A stretch of 17,499 bases of DNA from a bacterium (GCA_043822925.1 JBDRBF010000035.1:1-17499), one strand, 5' to 3'. Positions 1 to 8,589 are shown, counted from the stretch's first letter. Notes: a model not told the origin generated them from the letters alone. Translations and numbers: made by a program.

Positions 1-1
1 C

Positions 2-187
2 ACAGATGCAGAGCTATCTAAATATTTTGAAGACTTTACTAAAAAAAAGGATGACTTTTTTAAAACAGATGAAGAAATTCTTGCCGAGCGCGTGTCATCA
101 CTCCAGCAAGCACTCGAGTGTTTAAAAGAAAAACTTATTAAATTAAGTCACGAATTTAAAAACGTTCAGGAAAAAATTCACGAGTAG
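2..187 (+). CDS. 3' end of a hypothetical protein (starts upstream of the window) ending in a heptad/coiled-coil C-terminal motif
   Basis: Read by hand (not in the ORF track): frame 2 is open from base 2 to TAG at 185-187, giving TDAELSKYFEDFTKKKDDFFKTDEEILAERVSSLQQALECLKEKLIKLSHEFKNVQEKIHE*. Its C-terminus aligns without gaps to the C-terminus of the USP at 7580-7690. Confidence 0.75.
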   Translation, partial: TDAELSKYFEDFTKKKDDFFKTDEEILAERVSSLQQALECLKEKLIKLSHEFKNVQEKIHE

Positions 188-249
188 GCATAAATAAGCA
201 CAATTTAAAAGCTTTCGTACGTCGGCGCGCATAAACAAAACAAAAAACC

Positions 250-270
250 GGGGCACACGGCGTGTGCCCC
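250..270. terminator. GC-rich hairpin (intrinsic terminator or REP-like palindrome)
   Basis: GGGGCACAC-ggc-GTGTGCCCC, a perfect 9-bp stem. The A-run on its left gives a U-tract on the minus strand. It lies between the first gene and the yhcG-like gene. Confidence 0.5.
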
Positions 271-381
271 AAAAGTCTCCTAAAAACTTTTTTAACCCCA
301 AATATTGCACAACTTCTGGTAAAATATATACACTACAAAAACAAAGAGTATAAAAACTAAAAAACTGGGGAAAAGAGAGAT

Positions 382-1389
382 ATGAAAAAAAAATTTCAAC
401 CTCTGCGTAAAAGTAATATACCAGCAATAAAAGAATATACAGAAACGCTTGTCGCCCTCAAAGAAAGAATTCAAGAAGCTCAAACAAAAGCAATGCTTTC
501 GGCAAATAAAGAGTTCATAAAACTTTACTGGTTAATCGGACAAACAATTGTTGAAAAACAGGAAACCTGCAATTGGGGCTCGAACGTCATAGAAAAACTG
601 GCAATGGACCTACAAGCTGAATTTCCAGGCGTAGGCGGATTTTCCAGAGCAAACATATTTTACATGCGAGCTTTTTACATGGCATACGAAAAAGTCCAAC
701 GGGCCGTTGGACTTTTTGAAAAACTACCATTTATATCGATTCCATGGGGCCATAACGTCACTCTTATAACAAAATTAAAAGACAATAACACCCGCTTATG
801 GTATGCACAAAAAGCAATTGAAAATGGCTGGAGCAGAACAGTGCTTGAGCTGCAAATAGAATCAAAATTACACGCTCGAACCGGCAAAGGCTTTTCTTTT
901 GTAGGCCGCCAGTATCACATACAAATTGGCAGCCAAGATTTCTATATCGATCTCTTGTTTTATCACTTTAAACTTCGTTGTTTTGTTGTTGTTGAACTTA
1001 AATCGGGTGGATTCGACCCTCATGATGCCGGTCAACTTAACTTTTACCTATCAGCCATAGACAATACATTAAAATCCCCTGAGGACAAACCAACAATTGG
1101 ACTACTCTTGTGTAAATCAAAAGATAATTTGGTCGCTGAATACGCCCTTCAAAATATTCACAAGCCTGTAGGTATTACCGGATACAAAGCATCGCTACTT
1201 AAAAACTTACCAAAAGATCTTAAAAGTAGTTTTCCAACTGTACAAGAAATTGAAGCCGAACTAGAAAAACACACAATATTAAACAAAAAAATAACAAAGA
1301 AAAAGAAACAAACCAAGAAGCAAAAGATCACGACACAAAAACTCAAATCCCAGAACAAATCTGGGAAGATAAAAAAACCGATAAAATAA
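382..1389 (+). CDS. yhcG: YhcG/DUF1016 family PD-(D/E)XK nuclease-domain protein, with an apparent internal in-frame deletion and a Lys-rich tail
   Basis: Family motifs LYWLIGQTIVEKQ, WGSNVIEKLAMDL, GFSRANIFYMRAFY, IPWGHN, GWSRTVL, FVGRQY, FYIDLLFYH, VVVELK, GQLNFYL, PTIGLLLCK and AEYAL. Confidence 0.9.
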   Translation: MKKKFQPLRKSNIPAIKEYTETLVALKERIQEAQTKAMLSANKEFIKLYWLIGQTIVEKQETCNWGSNVIEKLAMDLQAEFPGVGGFSRANIFYMRAFYMAYEKVQRAVGLFEKLPFISIPWGHNVTLITKLKDNNTRLWYAQKAIENGWSRTVLELQIESKLHARTGKGFSFVGRQYHIQIGSQDFYIDLLFYHFKLRCFVVVELKSGGFDPHDAGQLNFYLSAIDNTLKSPEDKPTIGLLLCKSKDNLVAEYALQNIHKPVGITGYKASLLKNLPKDLKSSFPTVQEIEAELEKHTILNKKITKKKKQTKKQKITTQKLKSQNKSGKIKKPIK

Positions 1390-2102
1390 TGATCAAAAAA
1401 GAGATATTATTTATTTTAAAACGATACTTGCCCCATAAACAAAAAATATGCGCTCTTACGTTTGCGCATGGCAAAATAAATATTGTCATCCCGCAAAAAG
1501 CTTTATGCGAAAAATTATGGCCGGGCATGATGGTCGCCATGCCCCTACAAGAAACCCCAAACAACTATACAGCAAGCCAGGGCGATATAATATATTCCCC
1601 GCTTATCGAATCAAAAGAAGATCTTTTCTGGCTGCACCACTTATTAGAGCTCTGTTACTACTTTTTACCCATAAACGATCAAACCCCAGAAATATACAAT
1701 CACGTTTGTAATTATTTTTCCCTCCTGACCTACAGGAAATATTTTAAAAATTATGATATACTTATCCAAAAGCTCTGCATTGCACACTTTTTGTCACTAA
1801 CTGGATTATACGAAAACTCACAAGCCAATAGACTAAACATAAACAAGCATCATATAGACTCGCTCTTTCAGCAATTAATATCCACTTTTGCACAAAAAGA
1901 AACCAATCTAGACTGGCTCAAGCTCATGACAAAGAATTTAAGTACTGTAAAAAAACAAGATATTGCGTATATCGATAAATGTATTGAGAATGGGATCAGG
2001 AACCATCCGTGCCACAAACAATTTAAGACAACCCTTCGCCCCTCCCACGCCCAGGTGGCTTTGGAGGACAAACAAGCTCAGAGTGAGCATAGTTCAGGGT
2101 GA
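1389..2102 (+). CDS. recO: Divergent DNA repair protein RecO-like
   Basis: N-terminal OB-fold-like segment (FILKRY..KQKICALTFAHGKINIV) followed by a helical region (LHHLLELCYYFLPINDQTPEIY) and typical length. TAATG overlap with the upstream stop. Recognition is by pattern only. Confidence 0.6.
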   Translation: MIKKEILFILKRYLPHKQKICALTFAHGKINIVIPQKALCEKLWPGMMVAMPLQETPNNYTASQGDIIYSPLIESKEDLFWLHHLLELCYYFLPINDQTPEIYNHVCNYFSLLTYRKYFKNYDILIQKLCIAHFLSLTGLYENSQANRLNINKHHIDSLFQQLISTFAQKETNLDWLKLMTKNLSTVKKQDIAYIDKCIENGIRNHPCHKQFKTTLRPSHAQVALEDKQAQSEHSSG

Positions 2103-2104
2103 CA
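2031..2104 (+). repeat. GC-rich nested palindromic (REP-like) segment inside the recO 3' end
   Basis: Outer ACCCT/AGGGT (2031-2035/2096-2100), inner CCTCC/GGAGG (2041-2045/2063-2067) and GCTCA-gag-TGAGC (2076-2088). Much more GC-rich than its surroundings. Confidence 0.55.
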
Positions 2105-2125
2105 ATATAATAAGGGGTAAGACGT

Positions 2126-5100
2126 ATGAATATTAAATTATTAGCGCTCGTACTAAGCCTGCTTGGCAATATACCAAGCACCTATTGTATATTAGAGCTT
2201 ATTCAGCCCTCACAACAACCGCAACAACAACAGCAACAAGACATACTCTTTGCATCAGTAAGCAAACAAAGAGACAATCAATTCACACTACTACAACAAG
2301 AGTTGGAACAGTTTAAAAAAACAGCCCAATCAACAGTGATAAGTCTCAAAACCGAAAGTGAAAAGCTTTCCAAAGAACTTACTCAAGCAATAAAAACAAA
2401 AACAGAAACTCCCGCAAGAAACAAAAGAAAAATCGAATATTTAGATAAAAAAATAACGTTTCTAACAGAACAAAAACAAATTTTACTCACTATAGAAAAT
2501 ACATATAAAAGCATAGAAGAAACTCGCGAAAACCGTATTAAAATCGTTAAAGAAATAATAGATTTATTACTCGAAAAACAAACAAAACAGCTCAAAGAAA
2601 CGTACACCTGGCAAGAACTACTGGCTGAACAAGAAAAAGTAGCTGAAATAACAGGAAAAATAGTATTAACAAAGCACAAAAAAGATCTCGTACAAAAAAA
2701 CAAAACGTCAGAACAAGAAACTATCTCATCACTAAAAAAACAAACTGATATCAAAATTACAGAACGAGATAAAGCTCTTGCCGACCTCAAAGAACAATTA
2801 AAAAAATCAATAGACGAAGATCAAAGTCTCGCTGAAAGAATAGGGTATACAGAAAACATATTTAACAACGAAATCGCAAATCTTAAGAAAAAAGAAGAAC
2901 TCACGCATATTAAAATAGAAAAACTAGAACAAGAATCAAAGCTAAAAATTGACGAAATTGACCTATTTGAAAATCAACTAACACAAGAAAAAAATATTTT
3001 AACAGGCATCGAAAAACGATTACTCGTAACAAAAAAAGATGCTGAAAACGCTGAACAGGAAGCGAATAACGAAAATCAAAATGCATTAAAAATAAAAAAT
3101 GCACTTAATGCAAAAACAACTGAGTTACGCGCTAATAAATCAAAGCTTGATATTAAAATAGATCAACTCAACAAATACATTAAAAACCTAAAAGACGCGG
3201 GCAGACAAGAATCCGTCCAGACTCATCAAGCAAAAGCAGAACTCAAAAACATTGAATCACTCTATTTTGCCTTTGACCGTGAAATTAGCATGCTCAACAC
3301 ACAAGCAGATTTACTAGATGCTCAGGTAAAAGAGAAAAAATTATGGGCTGAACGTATAGACCTACATAGAAGACTTGCATCAAAAAAAGAGGATTTTGGG
3401 CCCCTGCTATCCAAATTCACGAGCAAAAGAGATGAAGATGCATCTATCTTAAAGAAGTTGCTAGACAAAAGACAGCAATCAACCGACGTGTCACTCGAAA
3501 TTGATAAAAAAAGCGCTCTTATAGAAAAAGATAAAACATACATACAAAACAAAAAAGACACGCTTTACAGAACCGACGAAGAAATATTTAACACAACCAT
3601 ACAGAATCTAGAAAAAGCAAAAAAACATCTTGAAAGCCAAAGAAAACTCTTTAGCCAAGAAAACATTGATACATCAAATTTAATCGAACGCCAAGAAAAA
3701 ATAATTAAACAATACGATGTAATTATCGAGATTATTGAAGCCAGAAAAACCGAACAGAATATTTGGGAACGCTCACCAAAAGCAATATCGCTCCCTGCAT
3801 TCAAAAAATCATTACTCGAAGCAGAACAGTTTTACAAAAAACTCTTCTGGGATACACCTGCGCACCTGGCCCCCTCTGTCATATTTGCTTCTCTCAAAAA
3901 CATATTATGGGCAGACTTTTTTGCGCTTATATTCTTCATAATATTCTTTTTATGCCTATTTTTTAGCACACGTAAAATTTTGGAAATAATACTTAAAAAA
4001 ATACAAAAAAACTTATCGACAGGTCGACAGCACATCAGCTCATTATCACTTAATACGGGCGTCACGATTGTCAAATTCGCACTCGAGCACTTATTTGTAA
4101 TCTCTCTCTGGACTTTCTTATATTTACACATAGTTTTTGACTTTGGATATATCTTTTTCTCTCTAAGATTTTTTGCAAAACCGTACTACATTACATTGTT
4201 TTATTTACTTACTATTCCTACAATGCTCTACTTATCACGCCAGTTATTGCTCATGCTTAAAGAGCTCAATAAACAACTCAGTTTCTTATTGTTTGCAGAA
4301 AAACTACAGGACAGATTCTTATTGCTTATATCGTCTTTTTGCTATTCGACAGCTATATTAATCCCGCTCAAGCTCGCTTTTTTAGCATACTTCCCAATGG
4401 AGCCAACAACTTTGCCAAACGTTATAAAAGCAGCCTACTCACTTATTCTTGTTGTTATTTTATTACTCTTTTTTAGCAAAGAAGACGTGCTCCGTATTAT
4501 CCCTTCCAGTTTTAAATTTTTAATTTTTATAAAGAAAAAAATAGACCAACACTACTATCCAGTATTTATATTTTTAATGGGCCTGCTTATTCTCGCTAAT
4601 CCATATATCGGGTATTTAAATTTATCCTGGTATCTGGCTTTTGCCGTTCCATCGACAGTGTTTTTTATTTATGCTCTATTTTTTACGCATAACTATATAA
4701 GAAAACAATCAATCTTCTTATTCGTCAAAGAAGAAGATGACGATATCGTAGATAAGTTTGAATATGCAAAAACCTATTATGGCATACTTGTTATTGTTAG
4801 CTTTATAGCACTCTCTCTTATTACATTCATACTTATTTCATATATCTGGGGCTATGAATATACCCTCACAGAAATCTGGAAAGCTTTTTCTGACCGTTGG
4901 GTACTCCCAATCACACCCGAATACAAACTTGGCCTTGTACAACTCTTATCTTTTATTATGTTTATTGTCTCCGGTATATTTATCTCCTCAATTATTCATA
5001 AGTTTATTTTAAAAAAATTATTTGAAATTTTACGCACTGAACCTGGCGCCCAAAACACGTACTCAAAAATGCTGCACTATACAATCATCTCGCTCGTAAC

Positions 5101-5758
5101 GCTCTTAGGCCTTATGTACATACATCTTGAAACACTCTTCTGGTACATTGGTACGTTCTTGGGCGTTGCAGTCGGTTTGGCCATCAAAGACATCGCTTCA
5201 GACTTTATCGCAGGGCTCTTTGTCTTAATCGAACGCCCAATAGAAATCGGCAATCTAATTACCCTAAACAACGAAGCCCATACACAAGGCGTCGTCCAAA
5301 AAATTAATGCTCGCACAACTATTGTCTCAAACAGATTTAAGCATTCTATTGTTATCCCAAACAAAGATATCGTTTCAAAAACTATATGCAATTGGGGAAA
5401 AGGACGCTTTGCTGTCGGATTTGAAGTAGAAATACGCGTTGACTATAACTCTGATATAGATCTAGTAAAAAAAACAATTCAAGAAGTTATTCAAACAAAT
5501 GCCGCTATATTGCGCATCCCTAAAGTTATTATTCGACTAGAAAACTTTGAAGAATCAGCTCTTTATTTTATGGTCCGCGCATTTATTAGCACCCGTCGCG
5601 TTAATGACCAATGGGATATCGCAGCGGAACTTCGTGAGCAAATGTTTAAATCGTTTAAGGCAAAAAATATTGAATTCGCTTTCCCACAAAATGTTGTTAC
5701 TATGCGCCCGAACAATAAAACACAAAGTCCAATAGCTGTTAAATTTGATAACGAGTAA
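2126..5758 (+). CDS. Large mechanosensitive channel, MscS family (MscK-like architecture)
   Basis: Signal peptide, poly-Q, ~500 aa coiled-coil region, about 11 hydrophobic segments, then the MscS core (GVAVGLAIKDIASDFIAGLFVLIERPIEIGNLI, GVVQKINARTT, IVIPNK, FEESALYF, IEFAFPQ). SD-like AAGGGG upstream. Confidence 0.92.
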   Translation: MNIKLLALVLSLLGNIPSTYCILELIQPSQQPQQQQQQDILFASVSKQRDNQFTLLQQELEQFKKTAQSTVISLKTESEKLSKELTQAIKTKTETPARNKRKIEYLDKKITFLTEQKQILLTIENTYKSIEETRENRIKIVKEIIDLLLEKQTKQLKETYTWQELLAEQEKVAEITGKIVLTKHKKDLVQKNKTSEQETISSLKKQTDIKITERDKALADLKEQLKKSIDEDQSLAERIGYTENIFNNEIANLKKKEELTHIKIEKLEQESKLKIDEIDLFENQLTQEKNILTGIEKRLLVTKKDAENAEQEANNENQNALKIKNALNAKTTELRANKSKLDIKIDQLNKYIKNLKDAGRQESVQTHQAKAELKNIESLYFAFDREISMLNTQADLLDAQVKEKKLWAERIDLHRRLASKKEDFGPLLSKFTSKRDEDASILKKLLDKRQQSTDVSLEIDKKSALIEKDKTYIQNKKDTLYRTDEEIFNTTIQNLEKAKKHLESQRKLFSQENIDTSNLIERQEKIIKQYDVIIEIIEARKTEQNIWERSPKAISLPAFKKSLLEAEQFYKKLFWDTPAHLAPSVIFASLKNILWADFFALIFFIIFFLCLFFSTRKILEIILKKIQKNLSTGRQHISSLSLNTGVTIVKFALEHLFVISLWTFLYLHIVFDFGYIFFSLRFFAKPYYITLFYLLTIPTMLYLSRQLLLMLKELNKQLSFLLFAEKLQDRFLLLISSFCYSTAILIPLKLAFLAYFPMEPTTLPNVIKAAYSLILVVILLLFFSKEDVLRIIPSSFKFLIFIKKKIDQHYYPVFIFLMGLLILANPYIGYLNLSWYLAFAVPSTVFFIYALFFTHNYIRKQSIFLFVKEEDDDIVDKFEYAKTYYGILVIVSFIALSLITFILISYIWGYEYTLTEIWKAFSDRWVLPITPEYKLGLVQLLSFIMFIVSGIFISSIIHKFILKKLFEILRTEPGAQNTYSKMLHYTIISLVTLLGLMYIHLETLFWYIGTFLGVAVGLAIKDIASDFIAGLFVLIERPIEIGNLITLNNEAHTQGVVQKINARTTIVSNRFKHSIVIPNKDIVSKTICNWGKGRFAVGFEVEIRVDYNSDIDLVKKTIQEVIQTNAAILRIPKVIIRLENFEESALYFMVRAFISTRRVNDQWDIAAELREQMFKSFKAKNIEFAFPQNVVTMRPNNKTQSPIAVKFDNE

Positions 5759-5815
5759 AATTTAATAAGCACAAGCCAGGGCCATAAACTGTTCTAAAAG
5801 ATAAGCAGGAGTAGT

Positions 5816-7690
5816 ATGAAGATCACGCGATTATCACGTCTTTTTTTCTGTCTTTTTCTTTTATTCACCACCCAAGTCTCTGCACAAAAGCCCCCAGCCT
5901 CACCAAATGCTGGTTGCTCTAACGAAAACGGAAACGACTGCTTCTTAAATGCAACCATGCAAGCACTTTTTCACACAAAGCCTCTTCGTAATTTTTTACG
6001 AAAAAACACACTCAATGATTACAAATAATCTGTCGCTATAAAAATAAAAAATCGACTTGATAATGAAATGGCAAATAACATCAAAACAGGATCGAAAGCA
6101 TTTCGAAAGACGATTACCTCTCACGCTGATGCACCTGAAAATATAAAAGATATGGCCAACGAACAACAAGATGCGAGTGAATTCTTAGCGTCCCTTTTAA
6201 TCATAATCAAAATAAAAAGGCAATATCGCCTTAAAATGGAAGATGAAATAAATTTATTTTTCACCCAAAACTTTAATTCTGGATCTCAAAATTATACTAA
6301 TGCACAAAAACTTTTCGAGTCAATATGGCGCGATTTCGAAACGACAGAAAGCGCTAAAATTCACAATGAAAAAACAATAAAAGAATGGTTCACAAAAAGC
6401 ATCGAAAAAAAAGAATTGGAGAGTATTATATACGAGCTCGAGAAACAACTATCCTCTATAATACTATCTGGATTGCCACAAACTAAAAAGTTTACAAACT
6501 TCTTAGAACAAAGAATAAAAAAGGGACAAGAAATAAACCTAGACAGAGGAAAATTTGAAAAAGCAAAAAAACTCTTAGATGACAAAATCATAGGCCCTAA
6601 AGACCTTATTAATTTAATCAATAAAACCATCGCTACCAAATTACTCGGAAAGAAACTCGATGAAAAAGAAAAAGAAGCAGGTCATTTTTTTAAAGTTTTT
6701 TTTAATAAATACGACGAAGATATAATAGACGAAATAGTACGCAGCTGGATGCAACTAAAAGAAGAAGATCCTATTACCAATAACGATTATTACACGTTAT
6801 TTAATGATTTGTGCAAATTTAAAAAAACAGGACTTAAATTCATAAATCTTACAGGACAAATTTATAAAAATTTTATAAAAAACATACAAAATAAAGACTG
6901 GAAAAGTTTTATTGAAACAAAAAATAAAGACCAAAAACATCAAGCCGCGTTCTCAGATATTTTTGAAATAAAAACAAAAGAAACAGTCTCATGTGAAAAA
7001 AACCACCTCAAAAAATCTGAAGCTCAAGACTACATACTAAAATTACCAATAGTAGATCCATTAGTAGATCCATTAACGCGCATCACATACACAACGCTCG
7101 ATGAATGTCTTCAAAAATACACAGAAAAAGAAGAACTAACTCAAGACAACCTCTGGAACTGCGAAGCCTGTAAAAACCTAGGGGAAAAAAATACAAAATC
7201 ATTCAAACAAATAATATTTCAAAAATTACCACCAATACTCATTATTAACCTCAAGCGCTTTTTATCTGGGGGGTTAGACGAAAAAATTACTGACCCAATT
7301 ACTTTTCCTGTTAATAATCTTGATATGTCTAAATATCTAAACGGACAAAATGCCACCTATAATCTTTATGCTATCGTCATACACTCAGGTGGAACCGGTG
7401 GCGGCCATTATTACACATATGCAAAATGGGATGGACATTGGTGGAAATATGACGACAGCAATGTAACACCAGCCGATGATCAAATCGAAACTATAGCAGA
7501 ACAAACGACTGAAGACGGCGGGCCATATATTCTCTTTTACGAACGCGCCGACATACAAAACGAACCATACGAAAAAAAAGACCCAATAACTAATAAAATC
7601 AATCAGTTAAAAAATACGCTTGAAATATATAAGAAGTCTTTAATAAAACTAGCTGATGCAATGCAAGAGATAAAAAAGAAAATTGGGTAA
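5816..7690 (+). pseudogene. Eukaryote-like ubiquitin-specific protease (peptidase C19/USP) with signal peptide, interrupted by one in-frame TAA at 6026-6028
   Basis: ORFs 5816-6028 and 6068-7690 share a frame, and the gap reads SVAIKIKNRLDNE with no further stop. Cys box GCSNENGNDCFLNATMQAL, QQDASEFL, Zn-ribbon CEKNH/WNCEAC, LPPILIINLKRF, His box YNLYAIVIHSGGTGGGHYYTY, WWKYDDSNV, PYILFYER. AGGAG SD before 5816. Confidence 0.88.
7050..7075 (+). repeat. 12-bp in-frame tandem duplication (VDPL VDPL)
   Basis: TAGTAGATCCAT repeated twice, followed by TA. Confidence 0.85.
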
Positions 7691-7696
7691 CGTTTT

Positions 7697-7821
7697 CTCG
7701 TGCTGAATAGCACGAAACTTATATTAGCCCCGTGTTTTAACGCGGGATAAAAAGTTGGTGGAGGCGATGGGAGTCGAACCCATGTCCGCAAAACCGGGAA
7801 TCCCAAGCGCTACATACTTAT
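7697..7821 (-). repeat. Direct-repeat copy of the tmRNA 3' end plus its downstream hairpins (att-like)
   Basis: 7756-7821 matches 8753-8818 at 63/66 nt. 7697-7720 is identical to 8685-8708. The second hairpin at 7725-7746 is a variant of 8713-8736. Confidence 0.93.
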
Positions 7822-8318
7822 TGAAACAATTTTTGGATAGTTGTAATCGGCAAAAAAAGAGAAAAATCACGATCGCTATATGGGACAAATCCATAACGTA
7901 AATAGAAGTTTTTAGCGCTTTCATCTTTAGCATCTACGACCACAGAAAAAAGAGCAATTTCCTGCGATACCCTCCAGGCACGAAATAAGGCATCCATAAG
8001 AAGATGTCTGCCAAAGCCCTTGCCCTGCATGTCTTTATCAACCGCTAAACGACCAATTCTAACCACTGGCAACGGATAACGAGGCAATTTTTTACGAGAC
8101 TCTTCAGTTAGTGATTCAAACCGAATCTCCCCCATACTTACCGTATAAAAACCGCTAACACACCCAGAATCCAGCAAAACATATGTTCGACCTACGTTTA
8201 AAGTATCATTTTTTTTGGCAAACTGTTTTAAATACCGATTAAGAACATCAACGCCACAATCAAAATTTTTATACGCCAACGGTTTTGCAAGAACAATCGA
8301 AACTATTGTTTTATCCAA
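7818..8318 (-). CDS. GNAT-family acetyltransferase toxin (TacT/AtaT-like)
   Basis: FDCGVDVLNRYLKQFA, GFYTVS, LPRYPLPVVRIGRLAVDKDMQGKGFGRHLLMDAL, VVVDAKDESAKNFYLRYGF. TTG start with AAGGG SD. Lies downstream of a DUF1778-like gene. Confidence 0.93.
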   Translation of the reverse strand: MDKTIVSIVLAKPLAYKNFDCGVDVLNRYLKQFAKKNDTLNVGRTYVLLDSGCVSGFYTVSMGEIRFESLTEESRKKLPRYPLPVVRIGRLAVDKDMQGKGFGRHLLMDALFRAWRVSQEIALFSVVVDAKDESAKNFYLRYGFVPYSDRDFSLFLPITTIQKLFQ

Positions 8319-8331
8319 AACTCAGCCCCTT

Positions 8332-8589
8332 TTATTTCTTCAAATATTGTTTGGCTGCCTTACGTAACCGCAGATTTGGCTTTATTGTGGCATCTAACGC
8401 TCGTAAAAAAATTTTCTTATCTTTATCAGACAAAACAATATCATCCTGCTGCTCGATAATAGCTTTTGTCCTCTTTATAACAGCATCTCGCACAAACTTA
8501 CTCACCGTCATGTGTAAAATTTCTGCAGCTTTGGCTATATCTCTCCGTTCTTGAGCAAGCGCCTTTACTTCTATTTTTTCCTGTCTCAT
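8332..8589 (-). CDS. DUF1778 (RHH) antitoxin, TacA/AtaR-like
   Basis: EKIEVK..QERRDIAKAAEILHMTVSKFVRDA..IVLSDKDKKIFLRALD..PNLRLRKAA. The ATG at 8589 has an AAGGG SD; the alternative start is 8604. Confidence 0.9.
   Translation of the reverse strand: MRQEKIEVKALAQERRDIAKAAEILHMTVSKFVRDAVIKRTKAIIEQQDDIVLSDKDKKIFLRALDATIKPNLRLRKAAKQYLKK

Noticed and set aside
143-5391. Many short minus-strand Phe/Leu-rich ORFs (e.g. 143-427, 2383-2790, 5077-5391)
   Set aside because: They are shadows of A-rich + strand genes and intergenic DNA, with no family motifs.
6026-6028. Genome-wide TAA recoding to explain the USP stop
   Set aside because: TAA ends many genes here at the expected position (mscS, toxin, proteases, tmRNA tag), and no other gene has an internal TAA.
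7756-7800. Possible tRNA gene (T-arm plus CCA on the minus strand)
   Set aside because: There is no D-arm, anticodon arm or 5' acceptor strand. It is a copy of the tmRNA 3' end.
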